Source: an uncultured Thermoleophilia bacterium
GTDB taxonomy: Bacteria > Actinomycetota > Thermoleophilia > UBA2241
Assembly: GCA_963702475.1 (NCBI GenBank)
Contig: CAVPCT010000002.1
Span: forward strand, 64,001 to 128,000
Length of the DNA: 64,000 bases
Reading direction: 5' to 3'
In this document: positions 19,180 through 29,592 of the stretch, in pieces
How positions within the stretch are numbered: the first letter of the stretch is position 1
Layout of the letters: the number at the start of each line of letters is the position of its first letter
Notes under the pieces: model-generated
Told to the model about the DNA's origin: nothing
Database searches by the model: none
Seen by the model: the letters and a program-made list of their open reading frames with translations, nothing else
Program-made: the position numbers and the translations under genes

Positions 19180-21461
19180 CGCCGGACCTCCAGGTCGACG
19201 GGCGGCGCGCCCGGCACTGCCTCGCCGCGCTCGATGGCCACGAGCGCGACGACCTCGGCGTGGAAGCGCGCCTCGATGGCCCAGTCGGTGTACGGGTTGC
19301 GCACCGGCGCCGGCCGCTCGCCTTTGGCGTAGCCCGCCGCGTTCGCGCCGAGCTCCCGGTACATCTCGAGCGTCAGGAGCGGCGCGATGGAGAGCAGCTC
19401 GAGGCAGGCGAGCGGTGCCAGCCCGCGCTGGTGGATGAGCGCCGTGCCCTTGGCCTGCAGTCCGACGGCGACGCCGGAGCCGGCCAGCTCAGCCGCGGTG
19501 AGGCCGATCACCCCGAGGTCAACTGTTGACTGCACGCGCACGATGCGCGCGCGGCAGCCCTCGGCCTCGATGCCGGCGACGACCGCGTCGAGCGCGTCGC
19601 CGGCCGGCAGGCCGGCCATCGTGAACCAGAGCTTGGTCGCGAAAGCCGGCGAGACCCCGACGCAGACCTCGAGCGCGTCGGCGCCGGCCTCGGCCGGGCC
19701 GCGCTCGACGAGGCGAAAGGACGCGGCCTCCGGCGTCGCACGGCCGGCCGCGTGCCGCGCCAGCAGGTCGTCCCGCGAGCGCTCCTGGCGGATCGCGGCG
19801 ATCTCGCGGCGCCTCGCGGCCGAGACTTCGTAGCCGGTTCCCGGCCCCTGGTAGTCGTTCGGATCGGTCACCTTCGACAGCACGTTCAGGTGCTCGTCGA
19901 AGATCGCCGCCGTCTGCAGATAGTCGCCCGCGACCCGGGCGCGTCCCAGGGCGAACACGCGCCCGGCCTCCTCTTCGAAGCCCGTCGCCCACAGCGCGCG
20001 CACCACGTCCAGGACGCCGGTCTGCTTCGCAAGGATCGCGTCCGCGGCGTGCAACACCGCCTGCGGGTCCGGAGGCGTGACGTCTTTGGAGCCCTCGGCG
20101 TTGACGACCTCTACGACGTGCTCCTCGGTGAAGCCGGGGGCCGGGCCGTCGTCCACCAGCCCCAACTCGCGGTACACGGCGAGGCACGCCCGCGCCGCGC
20201 GCTCGCGCACCTCCCGCACGCGCACCTCCGTGACCGGGCGCAGGGCGCCGTCCGTGTCCCAGTCGCGCTGCAGCACGAGATAGTCGTCCAGGTCCTCCGC
20301 GTTGAAGTTACTGGGCCCGAACATGTTGTCGTAGCGCGGTATCGAGCCGAAGCCGCTGAACAGGAAGTCCGAGCCGGCCAGGAACAGGGGGACGGTATGC
20401 GCGGTACGGCGCATGTCCGACTCGCTCACGAGGGCGTCGTTGCCCGAGCACGACTCGAGGTCGCGGAGCATGACGAGGAGGTTCTCGGCGAGCAGTTCGC
20501 GCATGCCGCCGGGGACGGCGCCGACGACGCTGGCGGCGTCGATGCCGCCGTTCTGCACGCCCTGGGCGCCCATGGCGCGGGCCAGGGCGACGCAGCGGGA
20601 TTCGAGCGAGAACATGGAGCGGCCCTCGGCGGCGCCCATGAGCGCCTCCGCGCCGCCGCCGCTGGTGACTCGCATCTTGAGGCCGCGCGAGGCGTAGGCG
20701 GAGCAGAGGAAGGCCTTGGACCAGGGCGTGTCGTCGCCGTCGAGGAAGACCTTTTCCGTGCCGTAGAGGCTGACCGTCTCGGCGTAGGTGGTGAGGCCAC
20801 GGAGGCCGAGGTCGAGTTCGAGGGCCTCCTCGACCGAGCACTGCGTGATGGCGCCGGCGGAGCCGACCTGCGAGCCGATGAGCACGGCGAGCGCGTTGGA
20901 CGGGGCGTCGGCGTTGACCGGCACCGTGGTCTCGACCTCGCGGAAGCCGTAGGCGACCGCGGTGGCCGCGTCGGCGGCGAGCAGCAGCGGGTCGTCGAGC
21001 CGGTTGGTGACGTGCGCCTGGTTGCTGGGCGTGCGGCGTACGCGCATCTTCGCGACGGCGATCTGGAGTTCGACCGGGCGCAGCAGGGCGACGACGCGGG
21101 CGAGCTTCTCCGGCGTCGCCCCGGCGGCGAGGCGCACGACCTCCGTGCGCGGCACGTTGGGGTCGACGATGAGGCGGGCGAACGCGACGTCGTCGAGGGC
21201 GTTCGCCTCGGCGGCGACGGCGACGTCGATGCCGCGCGCGGCGATGAAGGCGTCGATGAGGTCGAAGTCCGGGGCCGGCGTGCCGTCGAGTTCGAGGACA
21301 GCTCCGCACTCGTCGTCAACCAGGATGCCGGGCTCGGGATCGTTCGCGGAGGCGAACGCGACGAGCCCGGCCTCGTGGTCCTCCGCCGCGAAGCCGTCCA
21401 GATTGACCGGCCGACCGTCGAGTGCCGCGAAGCGGCCGAGGCGCTGTCTCTGCTCGTGCAC
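19176..21461 (-). CDS. pduC: B12-dependent diol/glycerol dehydratase, fused large (alpha) and medium (beta) subunits
   Basis: RPVNLDGF, TPSNQAHVTN, TQCSVEEA, YAETVSLYGTE, DGDDTPWSKAFL, then beta-type GIEAEG..ARIVR and GLQAKGTALIHQ in one 761-aa ORF. Confidence 0.92.
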   Translation of the reverse strand: MHEQRQRLGRFAALDGRPVNLDGFAAEDHEAGLVAFASANDPEPGILVDDECGAVLELDGTPAPDFDLIDAFIAARGIDVAVAAEANALDDVAFARLIVDPNVPRTEVVRLAAGATPEKLARVVALLRPVELQIAVAKMRVRRTPSNQAHVTNRLDDPLLLAADAATAVAYGFREVETTVPVNADAPSNALAVLIGSQVGSAGAITQCSVEEALELDLGLRGLTTYAETVSLYGTEKVFLDGDDTPWSKAFLCSAYASRGLKMRVTSGGGAEALMGAAEGRSMFSLESRCVALARAMGAQGVQNGGIDAASVVGAVPGGMRELLAENLLVMLRDLESCSGNDALVSESDMRRTAHTVPLFLAGSDFLFSGFGSIPRYDNMFGPSNFNAEDLDDYLVLQRDWDTDGALRPVTEVRVREVRERAARACLAVYRELGLVDDGPAPGFTEEHVVEVVNAEGSKDVTPPDPQAVLHAADAILAKQTGVLDVVRALWATGFEEEAGRVFALGRARVAGDYLQTAAIFDEHLNVLSKVTDPNDYQGPGTGYEVSAARRREIAAIRQERSRDDLLARHAAGRATPEAASFRLVERGPAEAGADALEVCVGVSPAFATKLWFTMAGLPAGDALDAVVAGIEAEGCRARIVRVQSTVDLGVIGLTAAELAGSGVAVGLQAKGTALIHQRGLAPLACLELLSIAPLLTLEMYRELGANAAGYAKGERPAPVRNPYTDWAIEARFHAEVVALVAIERGEAVPGAPPVDLEVRR

Positions 21462-21556
21462 GCATCCCGTCCCGGTCAGGTGCCCTCGTGCTCCCCGGAC
21501 GAATCTACCACGCCGGCGTGCCGGCCGCCCTACGCTCGAGGGATCGTCCCCTTGGT

Positions 21557-21663
21557 CCGGGCATCGTCACAAGGCGCTGCCGCCCGGCGGAAACCCTGAG
21601 TTCGGCACGGCGCTCAGGGTGCTGCAGGCGCTGGGCCTGAGGCTGCACGCCGGGCTGCGTTGA
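21557..21663 (+). pseudogene. C-terminal relic of an addiction-module antidote (HigA/HI1420-like)
   Basis: HKALPPGGNPEFGTALRVLQALGLRLHA resembles the family C-terminus; no credible start. Confidence 0.6.
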
Positions 21664-22051
21664 TCGCGCGCGTCGCCGCGGTGAGCGCCCGAAGCGCCAA
21701 GCGCTGCGGCTGGCCGGGCGCTTGCCCTCCGTCGAGCCGGATGTCCCGGGGTCTTCGCAGTCCTACGCTGTACGTGAACTGCTGACCACTGCCCAACTGC
21801 TTCGCGGGGTTGTCGGACGACTGAGCGCTTTGGCGCCGGGTGATCTGCGGGCGCATTCGGGCCGCCGGTCGAATCATGTCGATTGTCTCCCGTCGACGGC
21901 GGTGACGCCGTTGCCGGCGCTCAGGGAGCTCCCTATCATCGGGTCATGAGCACACCGGCCATCGACATCGGGACATCGAGCCTGGGCGTGAGGACGAGGT
22001 CGAGTGACCAGCAAGGCCAGTCGCTATACTGGTTCTCTGCAAGGAGGCCCA

Positions 22052-22249
22052 ATGCGCTATCGCATCGCCATTCACCAGTCTGAGGAAGGCTACTCTGTCT
22101 CGGTCCCCGGCCTGCCGGGGTGTTGGTCTCAGGGCGCCACCGACGCCGAGGCGGTCGAGAACATCAAGGATGCGATCCGTGAGTACCTCGCCGTCGTCGA
22201 GGACCAGCTTCGCGGCGAGGAGATCCGCGAGATCGACGTGGCAGTCTGA
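22052..22249 (+). CDS. hicB: HicB family antitoxin (short, no DNA-binding domain)
   Basis: GYSVSVPGLPGCWSQGATDAEAVENIKDAI; AAGGAGG RBS; TATACT at 22025. Confidence 0.9.
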   Translation: MRYRIAIHQSEEGYSVSVPGLPGCWSQGATDAEAVENIKDAIREYLAVVEDQLRGEEIREIDVAV

Positions 22250-22251
22250 CC

Positions 22252-22462
22252 TTGCCGCGGATCCCCGGCATCAACCACCTTGATGCCGTGCGCGCTGCAG
22301 AAGGCCGGCTTTGAGATCGTCCGTCAAGGCAAGCACATCGTCATGTCGAACGGCACGCGCATCCTGACCATCCCGAGGCACGACCCGGTCAACGCCTTCA
22401 CGCTCGGGGGGATCGTGCGCGACGCCGGACTCACCGTCGAGCAGTTCCGTGAGCTGCTGTGA
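22252..22462 (+). CDS. hicA: HicA family mRNase toxin (frameshift near 22291)
   Basis: LPRIPGINHLDAVR / LQKAGFEIVRQGKHIVM...TIPRHDPVNAFTLGGIVRDAGL; the break lies in a GCGCGC run. Confidence 0.8.
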
Positions 22463-22721
22463 CCTTGACCTCGCCGGCTGCCTCGAGGAACTGTGCGCGG
22501 CGTCGGCTCCTTCACCCCCATGGCCTCGGCAGACGTCGCGCGCCGTCCGCGCGTGGTGTACGACTTCGTTGCGGCGTGGCGGCCGACTGGCGGCGCGGAT
22601 GAGACCATTGTTCTCGACCGCGCAAGTCACAGATTGACAAGTCGTGACTGCACAAGTCGTGGCTTTGCTGGTCGCCTGCAGGGATAGCCGGTGGCGGCAG
22701 CGGCACGCGAGCAGGGACTGC

Positions 22722-25170
22722 TCAGCTCATTGGGCTGGCCCCCACCGCGTAGCCCATAGCCCGGTACCCCGCCAGCCGCTTCTGGTGCATGCGGACCAAC
22801 ACCGGGACGCCGGCGTCCACGTAGTCGTAGATGAGCGCCTCCGCCTTGCCGGCGTGCTCGCGGTGCAGGCGGCCGGCGTACTGCTGCAGTGTCCCTCGCC
22901 AGGCGACGGGCATGGCGAGGAACAGCGTGTCCAGGCGGGCGTCGTCGAACCCCTCGCCGACGCAGCGGCCGGTGGCGACGATGACGCGTGGCTCGTCGGC
23001 TGCCGTCGTCGCCATCGCTTCGGCGATGGCGCGTCGCCGCTTCGCTCCCATGCCTCCGGACATGACGAACACGGCACCCACCGACTCCCTCAACGCGGCG
23101 GCGAGGAAGTCCCGATGCTCCGTGCGCTCCGTGAGGACGAGCGGGGAGCGTCCGTCGGCGACGGCCGCGAGCACATCGGCGACGATGAGGTCATTGCGAG
23201 CCGAGTCCGCGGCCAGCGCCGAGTAGACGGTCTGGATGCCCGGCTCGAGGTCGGTCGCAGGCATCAGGAACACGGTCTCCCTCACGACCACCCGATGGTC
23301 GAACGAGCGTGCGGTCGCCTGGAGCCTTCGCGTCGGTGCGGTATCTGATGGGGCCGCACTGCATCGTGATGATGGGGTGGTGCCCGTCCCGGCGCACCGG
23401 CGTCGCGGTGAGCCCGACGACGTAGCGCGCCCGCACCTGCCTCATCACGCGCTCGAAGCTGAACGCCGAGACGTGGTGGCACTCGTCGACGATCACCTGT
23501 CCGTAGTCGGCCACCAGATCGGCCACTACTCCCTTGCTGTTCAGCGACTGGATCACGGCGACGTCGATGGTCCCCTTGGGCCTCATGCGACCGCCCCCGA
23601 TCGCGCCGATGTCGCTGACGGACAGGTCGAGGAACGCCGCGAGCCGCTCGCGCCACTGGTCCATGAGTTGCCGGCGGTGGACGAGCACGAGGGTGTTGAC
23701 CTCGCGGGCGGCGATGAGCCAGGCACCGACCACGGTCTTGCCGAACGCCGTGGCGGCGCAGAGCACGCCGTCCTCGTGCGCCAGGATCGCCTGGGCGGCG
23801 TCGCGTTGCTGCGCCGTGAGCTCACCGTGGAACGTCGTCTCGAGGGGCTGACCGTCGGTGCGCTCGTCCCGGAGCCGCGGTTCGATGCCGTGCGACTCGA
23901 GCAGATCGACGACGGCGCCGAGGCAGCCACGCGGCAGCGCGATGTGGCCGGGGAGCTCCTCCGCGCAGCAGATCAGCCGCGGCTTCGCGAAGGTCGGCAG
24001 GCGCATGGCCTGCGCCCGGTAGAACTCCGGGTTCTCGAACGCGGCGAGCCGGACGAGCCTGTCCTGCAGGCCCTGAGGCAGACTCTTGCTGGTCACGAAG
24101 ATGAGGCTGCCCCGAACGACGTCGACGGTCTCGGGAAACGGTCCCTCGATGCGGGGCAGCGGCCGCCGACCGGAAGGTGGAAGTGTCCACGGCTCGTCGG
24201 CGCCATCCACGACCGCCATCCGCTCACCGAGAGCATCCGTCCCGTCCAGCGCGGCTGTCAGCACGCGGGCGACGTCCTTCGCACTCAGCCGCATCACGCT
24301 CGAGAGGAAGCCCCACTGGTCCGGCGCCGCGTGGAGCTCGCGGTCCACGAACACGCTCCTGCCGTCGTCACGCGGCTGTCGCTGCAGGGGGAGTGCGATG
24401 AGGTTGCCGAATCCGCCCTTGGGCAGTGTGTCCTGGCCGGGGAAGAGACGGTCGTAGGAGTCGAGGCCGACCTCGTGGCGGCGCGCGGTCGTCCGCGTCA
24501 GCAGGGCGGAGCCGAGGCGTCGCGCCTGAGCTGCGGGGACGGCTATCGTGAAGAACAGCCACACATGGGCGCCGGTGCCTGATCGGGAGATCTCGACGCT
24601 GACGGGCACGCCGAGCTCGTCGCAGACCTCCGTGAATGCCGAGACATCCCGTTGCCAGTCGGCCTTGTCGAAGTCGAGCGCGAGGAGGCGGCAGGTGTCG
24701 TCAGGCAGCAGCGGGTAGATGCCGATCGTGTGCCGTCCCGCGAGATGGTCGCGGACCACTGCATCTGTGACGGGGAGCAGGTCGCGGTTGGCGCAATCGG
24801 CGCACTTGACCTGGGGCTTGCTGCAGAGCGAGCGGTCCCACTCATGGGCGCAGGCGGGTGCGTAGCCGGCTCGGCCGGTCTTGCTCTGCCAGCGCACGGC
24901 GAACACGTCCTCGCGACCAGCGAAGAGGGAGCGGAAGAGGGCGATCTTGGCCGGGACCGGGGAATCGGAGGTCACCGGGGCACCGGCTTTCTGGCCGCCG
25001 CGTGCAGCCTGGCTGGGGCTCTGTGCGCACGGAGACGACGGCCACGGTCCCGGCTGAGCCGCCTCCGGTGCCAGTCCGAGTCGTGCCCGCAGCCGGGCGT
25101 TCTCCGCGAGCAGTCTGTCGCATTCGGCGCGGAGAGCGGACGGGTCATCTCGTTCGCCGTTGCCGGGCAT
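22722..25170 (-). CDS. AEP-type primase domain (TOTE-conflict-like) fused to SF2 DEAD/DEAH helicase (frameshift near 23320)
   Basis: LFRSLFAGREDV, Cys cluster, LDFD, SRSGTGAHVW, GNLIALPLQ; helicase TAFGKT, DECHH, TATP; C-terminal QYAGRLHR in the second frame. Confidence 0.85.
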
Positions 25171-25335
25171 GAGTTCATTGTCGCAGCGAGGTGGACGAAT
25201 CGGAACCGGCGGTGGTGGTAAGCGCGGCTCTTCCGTCCGACCCAAAACGTATGCTGCTCAGTCCTGGGAGGCGTGCCAGCGCCGGCCCGGAACGAGCGGG
25301 TGCGGGCGTGGAGGTGCGCGACGGAGGGGGTCGCC

Positions 25336-25986
25336 ATGACGACGCGCAGAGACAGCTCCTACATCTGGGTCACCTGGATCACCGGAATCCTCTCGGCCGA
25401 CAAGCACTGCGAGTGGGGGGCCTGGTTCCGCGCCCACTACCAGGGCTACGACAAGGTGCCCAGCGACTTCGATCTGGCCGCCTACAAGGCCGCGCACGGC
25501 GAGATGGTCCGCACGCGGGCCGACGCGCTCAGGGCTGGCGGCTGGACGGTGCATGTCGAGGGCCAGAACAAGTTCTCGCTGAAGGGCAAGGCGGCCACGC
25601 TCGGCGGCGTCGCCGACATCGTGGCTATCCGTGGCGGCGAGGGCCTGGTGGTCGACTGCAAGTCGGGCAAGCAGCGCGACTCGGACGCGTTGCAGGTGCT
25701 CACGTACATGCTGGTGCTGCCGTACACGCACGCGGCGTGCAAGGACGTCGCGCTCGCCGGCGAGGTCCAGTACCGCGAGGCGAGCGTCTGTATCGCGCCC
25801 GAGCAGCTCACCGATGAGATGCGCTGGCTCATCCGCAGCGTCATCGAGCGCGTCGGTGGTCCGGAGGAGCCAGCCAAGGTGCCGAGCCTCTCGGAGTGCC
25901 GCTTCTGCGACCTCACCTCGGTCGACTGCCCGGAGCGCGTGGAGCCGGAGCCGGCGGCGGACTCGGTAGACCACGATTTGTTCTGA
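25336..25986 (+). CDS. Cas4-like PD-(D/E)xK nuclease with four-Cys Fe-S staple
   Basis: N-terminal Cys (KHCEW), E..ADIV..VDCKSG, QVLTY, C-terminal CRFCDLTSVDC. Confidence 0.8.
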   Translation: MTTRRDSSYIWVTWITGILSADKHCEWGAWFRAHYQGYDKVPSDFDLAAYKAAHGEMVRTRADALRAGGWTVHVEGQNKFSLKGKAATLGGVADIVAIRGGEGLVVDCKSGKQRDSDALQVLTYMLVLPYTHAACKDVALAGEVQYREASVCIAPEQLTDEMRWLIRSVIERVGGPEEPAKVPSLSECRFCDLTSVDCPERVEPEPAADSVDHDLF

Positions 25987-26176
25987 GCGCGACGCCTGCC
26001 GCTTGAGCTTGGACGCTCTGCTCGGCGCAGTTGTCTGCGTCAAGTCGTGCCGGCCTTCAACGTCACCCCTCCTGCCCTTTCGTCATCCTCCCGCGTCTCG
26101 GCTGCTCCGTCTACGCTATGGGTGGCATGGAGCGGACGACCGGGCACGATGACGCAGCCACCACACTCACTATCTC

Positions 26177-26210
26177 TTGAGGGCGCCTCGGGTATGACGT
26201 ATCATCATAC
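26177..26210 (+). promoter_or_regulatory. TA operon promoter with overlapping inverted-repeat operator
   Basis: TTGAGG-17-TATCAT; GTATGA-7-TCATAC dyad (26192-26210) over the -10 element. Confidence 0.6.
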
Positions 26211-26223
26211 TGGGAGGTGCGAC

Positions 26224-26466
26224 ATGGGACGCGCGAAGATCGCCATCACTATCGACCAGGCGACACTCGGCTCGATTGACCGGCTGGTGTCCGAGCATCG
26301 TTTTCCCAGCCGCAGTCAGGCCATCCAGGAAGCCCTGGACGAGAAGCTCGCGAGGCTGGCGCACACCCGTCTGGCGGAGGAGTGCGCCAAGCTCGACCCG
26401 GGTACCGAGCAGGCGCTCGCCGACGAAGGCATGGGCGCCGAGCTGGCTGAGTGGCCGGACTACTGA
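26224..26466 (+). CDS. CopG/ribbon-helix-helix antitoxin
   Basis: KIAITID..TL..ID.LV....FPSRSQAIQEAL; overlaps the toxin start. Confidence 0.85.
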   Translation: MGRAKIAITIDQATLGSIDRLVSEHRFPSRSQAIQEALDEKLARLAHTRLAEECAKLDPGTEQALADEGMGAELAEWPDY

Positions 26467-26789
26467 GAGGAGAGATCCGCTGGGCCGACCTCGACCCGAC
26501 TCGCGGGCACGAGCAGTCGGGTCAGAGGCCCGTCCTCATCCTGAGCGCCGACGTCTTCAATGAGCGCTCGGGCACAGTGATCGCTGTAGCGATCACGTCT
26601 CAGCCCCCGCGGGCGGGCTTTCCCCTGACGTTGGAGATCGCGTCCGCGCAACTCCCGAAGCCGTCATGGGTCAAGATCAGCCAGATCCGCACGCTGTCGG
26701 TCCGGCGTTTCGGTCATCGACTCGGGACCGTCTCTCATGAGGAAGTCGCGCGGGTGATCGAGGGCCTGACCGAGATCCTGGGAGCCTGA
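26451..26789 (+). CDS. mazF: PemK/MazF family endoribonuclease toxin
   Basis: RGEIRWADLDPTRGHEQSGQRPVLILS...AITS...SQIRTLS. Confidence 0.93.
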   Translation: MAGLLRGEIRWADLDPTRGHEQSGQRPVLILSADVFNERSGTVIAVAITSQPPRAGFPLTLEIASAQLPKPSWVKISQIRTLSVRRFGHRLGTVSHEEVARVIEGLTEILGA

Positions 26790-26986
26790 CGCCGGGGGCG
26801 CCGGCCGCTGCCTGCGCAGGACTCGCCTGCCCGCGCCTCCTTCACGCTCGAGGCAGCGCAACGCAAAGGACTGACTCTTGACGCCCGTGACGGCTCCCAT
26901 AGGCTTGCAGGGAAGAGAGCATGGGGCCTTGCCCCGTGCGGGAGGCCGGCCGGGGGGCCGGTCACCTCGGGCCAGGGGGTAACGAC

Positions 26987-29251
26987 ATGTCTGAGAACGG
27001 TTCGAAGCAGGGCGACACGCGTGCGTCGCGAGGACGGCGCGCAACGCGGACGTCGAGAGGCCGGCGCGCGATTGGCGTAGCCCGCGCGGCGTGGCTCGTG
27101 GTGCTGGTCGCGCTGCTGCTGACGGCGGCGGGGGCCTACGGCGCCGCCGCCGCACACGCCGCCAAGCCCCATCTGACGGCCGCCGAGAAGCAGTTCCTCG
27201 CGCAGCTCGACGGCGACTACGCCTGGGAGGTCATGTTCAAGCAGGTGTACGGCTGGGGGGTGCCCAACTTCGACCCCTGGTTCAACCAGACGGTCGGCGG
27301 CACGGCGGCCTCGCAGGCCACCATCGCTGCCCTGGTCGCCGAGATGAAGGCCATCGGCCTGGAACCGGGTTGCGCGGGCGGGCTGTACACGGAGGCGTTC
27401 CCCATCGACGGCTGGGAGGACCTGGGTTCGTCGGCCAAGGTCGTCAGCCCCTATCACTGGACGATCTCGCCGAGTCATCAGGTGTACAAGGGCGTCGGCA
27501 CGGGGCCCGGCGGCGTGACCGCCGAGCTCGTCGACGTGGGCAACGGCCGCTGGGCCGACTTCGAGAAGGCCGGCGACATCAGCGGCAAGATCGTGTTGCT
27601 GCACCGCGCCGACCCGATGTTCTACGGCGGCCCGAGCCTGGCCGAGGCCGAGGCGCGCGGCGCCGTGGGCGCCCTCATGGACTACCCCGTCACCGGCAAG
27701 ACCATCCTCAAGACCGACGAGATCGCCGAGTTCATCCCTACCCTCTACATCCGCCAGATCGAGTGGAACAGGCTGGCCGCCGACCTGCGCGCCCGCAAAA
27801 AGCTCACCGTGAAGCTCGTCGTGGACAACGAGGTGGGCGACTACCCGATGGCGCAGAACGTGGTCGGCATGATCCCCGGAAGCGTGCACCCGGAGGAGTT
27901 CATCTACCTGGGCTGCCACTTCGACCACTGGATCACCTCGGCGGCCGACGACGGCGCCGGCGTGGGCTCGCTGTTCGCCATCGCCAAGGCCTGCAAGGCG
28001 ATGATGGCCAAGGGCTGGCAGCCGCAACGGACGCTCGTGTTCGCGGCCTTCGACTCGGAAGAGCTCGGCGGACCTCCCGACACCTGGTACGACTGGTGCC
28101 TGGGCTCGTTCTCGCACATCGTCGGACGGCTCCCCGGCAGCTCGAACCCGGCGTCGCCGCACTACCTCGAGTGGGACGACGGCGACCTGCTGCCGGCGCT
28201 CCGCGGCGAGCGCGCCGGCAAGATCGTGGCCATGCTCAACATGGACGTCATCGGGGTGCGCGACGCCACCGTGTTCGTCGAGAGCACGCCCGACACCACG
28301 GCCTTCTTCCAGAGGTGCGCCGACGACTCCGGCCTGAGCGCCGTCGCCGAGACCTACGTGTACTGGCCGCCGTCGAGCTACGACGACTGGCAGTTCTACA
28401 TGGCCGGCGTGCCCTGCATGGAGATCGCCTTCTGGGGGCCGGTCTACGACAAGCTCTACCACACCACCGGCGACGTGCCGTCGGTGCTGAGCCGTACGTC
28501 GATCCAGGCCAACATGCGCTTCAACGCGCTCGGGCTGCTCCGCTTCGACAGCTCGGGCATCGTGGGCTACGACCTGCGCGAGAACCTGAACGTGGCGCGC
28601 ACCGGCATCGCGAACCTCCTCAAGAAGGACCCGGAGGTACTCGCCGCCGGGAACGCCGACATCAAGGTCCTCCGGCAGGGCATGGAGGAGTACGTCGCCG
28701 TGCTCGAGGCCAAGGCTGCGGTGCTGAACGCCGAGAAGGTCAGCGCGGCCGAGGCGGCCCGGGTGAACGGCATCCAGATGGCCGCCGCCAAGGCGCTGCT
28801 GCCCAGCCTCTTCGACTGGGACTCCAGCGGCATCCCGGGCTGGACGGGGGCCTTCTCGTTCGACACCTACGCCAACGACCTCGCCAAGCTCGACAAGGCG
28901 ATCACCGCCCTCAAGGCGGGCAAGCGACAGGTCTGCGCCGGCCACCTCGGCGGCGTGACCACGATGGCCTGGGGCCAGTACGTGGGCGCCGAGGCCTACG
29001 GCACGGTGCTCGACCACATCGCCTACAACCCCCACCTGCTGTGGGGCTACGGCTTCATCCCCAAGCTCACCGACGTGCACGCGGAGTACATGAGCCTGAA
29101 GGGACGCGTCGGCGTCGGGACGATGACCGACGCCGAGATCCTCGCCAGTCTGCGGACGAAGCACGACGCGATCTACGGCTCGGTGACGGCCGCCGCGGTC
29201 AAGGCCGGGACGGCCTTCAGTACGGCGGCCGAGGTGCTGCAGGATCTGTGA
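26987..29251 (+). CDS. Secreted M28 family metallopeptidase with PA domain
   Basis: Signal/TM segment, PA domain (GKIVLL), GCHFDHW, ADDGAG, DSEELG, NMD, YHT. Confidence 0.85.
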   Translation: MSENGSKQGDTRASRGRRATRTSRGRRAIGVARAAWLVVLVALLLTAAGAYGAAAAHAAKPHLTAAEKQFLAQLDGDYAWEVMFKQVYGWGVPNFDPWFNQTVGGTAASQATIAALVAEMKAIGLEPGCAGGLYTEAFPIDGWEDLGSSAKVVSPYHWTISPSHQVYKGVGTGPGGVTAELVDVGNGRWADFEKAGDISGKIVLLHRADPMFYGGPSLAEAEARGAVGALMDYPVTGKTILKTDEIAEFIPTLYIRQIEWNRLAADLRARKKLTVKLVVDNEVGDYPMAQNVVGMIPGSVHPEEFIYLGCHFDHWITSAADDGAGVGSLFAIAKACKAMMAKGWQPQRTLVFAAFDSEELGGPPDTWYDWCLGSFSHIVGRLPGSSNPASPHYLEWDDGDLLPALRGERAGKIVAMLNMDVIGVRDATVFVESTPDTTAFFQRCADDSGLSAVAETYVYWPPSSYDDWQFYMAGVPCMEIAFWGPVYDKLYHTTGDVPSVLSRTSIQANMRFNALGLLRFDSSGIVGYDLRENLNVARTGIANLLKKDPEVLAAGNADIKVLRQGMEEYVAVLEAKAAVLNAEKVSAAEAARVNGIQMAAAKALLPSLFDWDSSGIPGWTGAFSFDTYANDLAKLDKAITALKAGKRQVCAGHLGGVTTMAWGQYVGAEAYGTVLDHIAYNPHLLWGYGFIPKLTDVHAEYMSLKGRVGVGTMTDAEILASLRTKHDAIYGSVTAAAVKAGTAFSTAAEVLQDL

Positions 29252-29592
29252 GCGGGGGCGGTGAGGGTCGGGGAGCGTAGCCTCCCCGGCCCTCACGTTC
29301 GCGCGGAGCCGACGGACTGTCAGGCCGAGGCCCCGGCGTCATGCGCCCACCGCGGACGACCCGCATCCTGCGCGTGCGGGTCGCGCTTCACGTTCGAGGC
29401 GACGGAGACTCTGTGAACCCGCCCGCTGATATCTGCGAAGCTCGCGGCGTGCTGCGAGTGCATGACGTGGAGAGGGCCCGCGCTCGGCGCCGGGTCGCCT
29501 CCGGCCGCCCCGCCCGGATACTCTGACGCCGACAGACCGCATCCTCCGACGCGCCGCGCCCCCGCGTGGCCCGTCCGCACGAACGGGGCTCC

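Noticed and set aside
21462-21720. Cobalamin riboswitch ahead of the diol dehydratase
   Set aside because: No B12-box or AGGGAA core was seen; the region instead holds an antitoxin relic.
21700-22000. Small ORFs between the antitoxin relic and hicB
   Set aside because: No RBS, motif or codon pattern supporting translation.
22637-22661. ACAAGTCGTG direct repeat as an att site or target duplication
   Set aside because: The two 10-bp copies are adjacent rather than flanking the island, and no integrase is present.
25336-25986. Calling the gene cas4 of a CRISPR-Cas system
   Set aside because: No cas1, cas2 or array; it is better described as a solo PD-(D/E)xK Fe-S nuclease.
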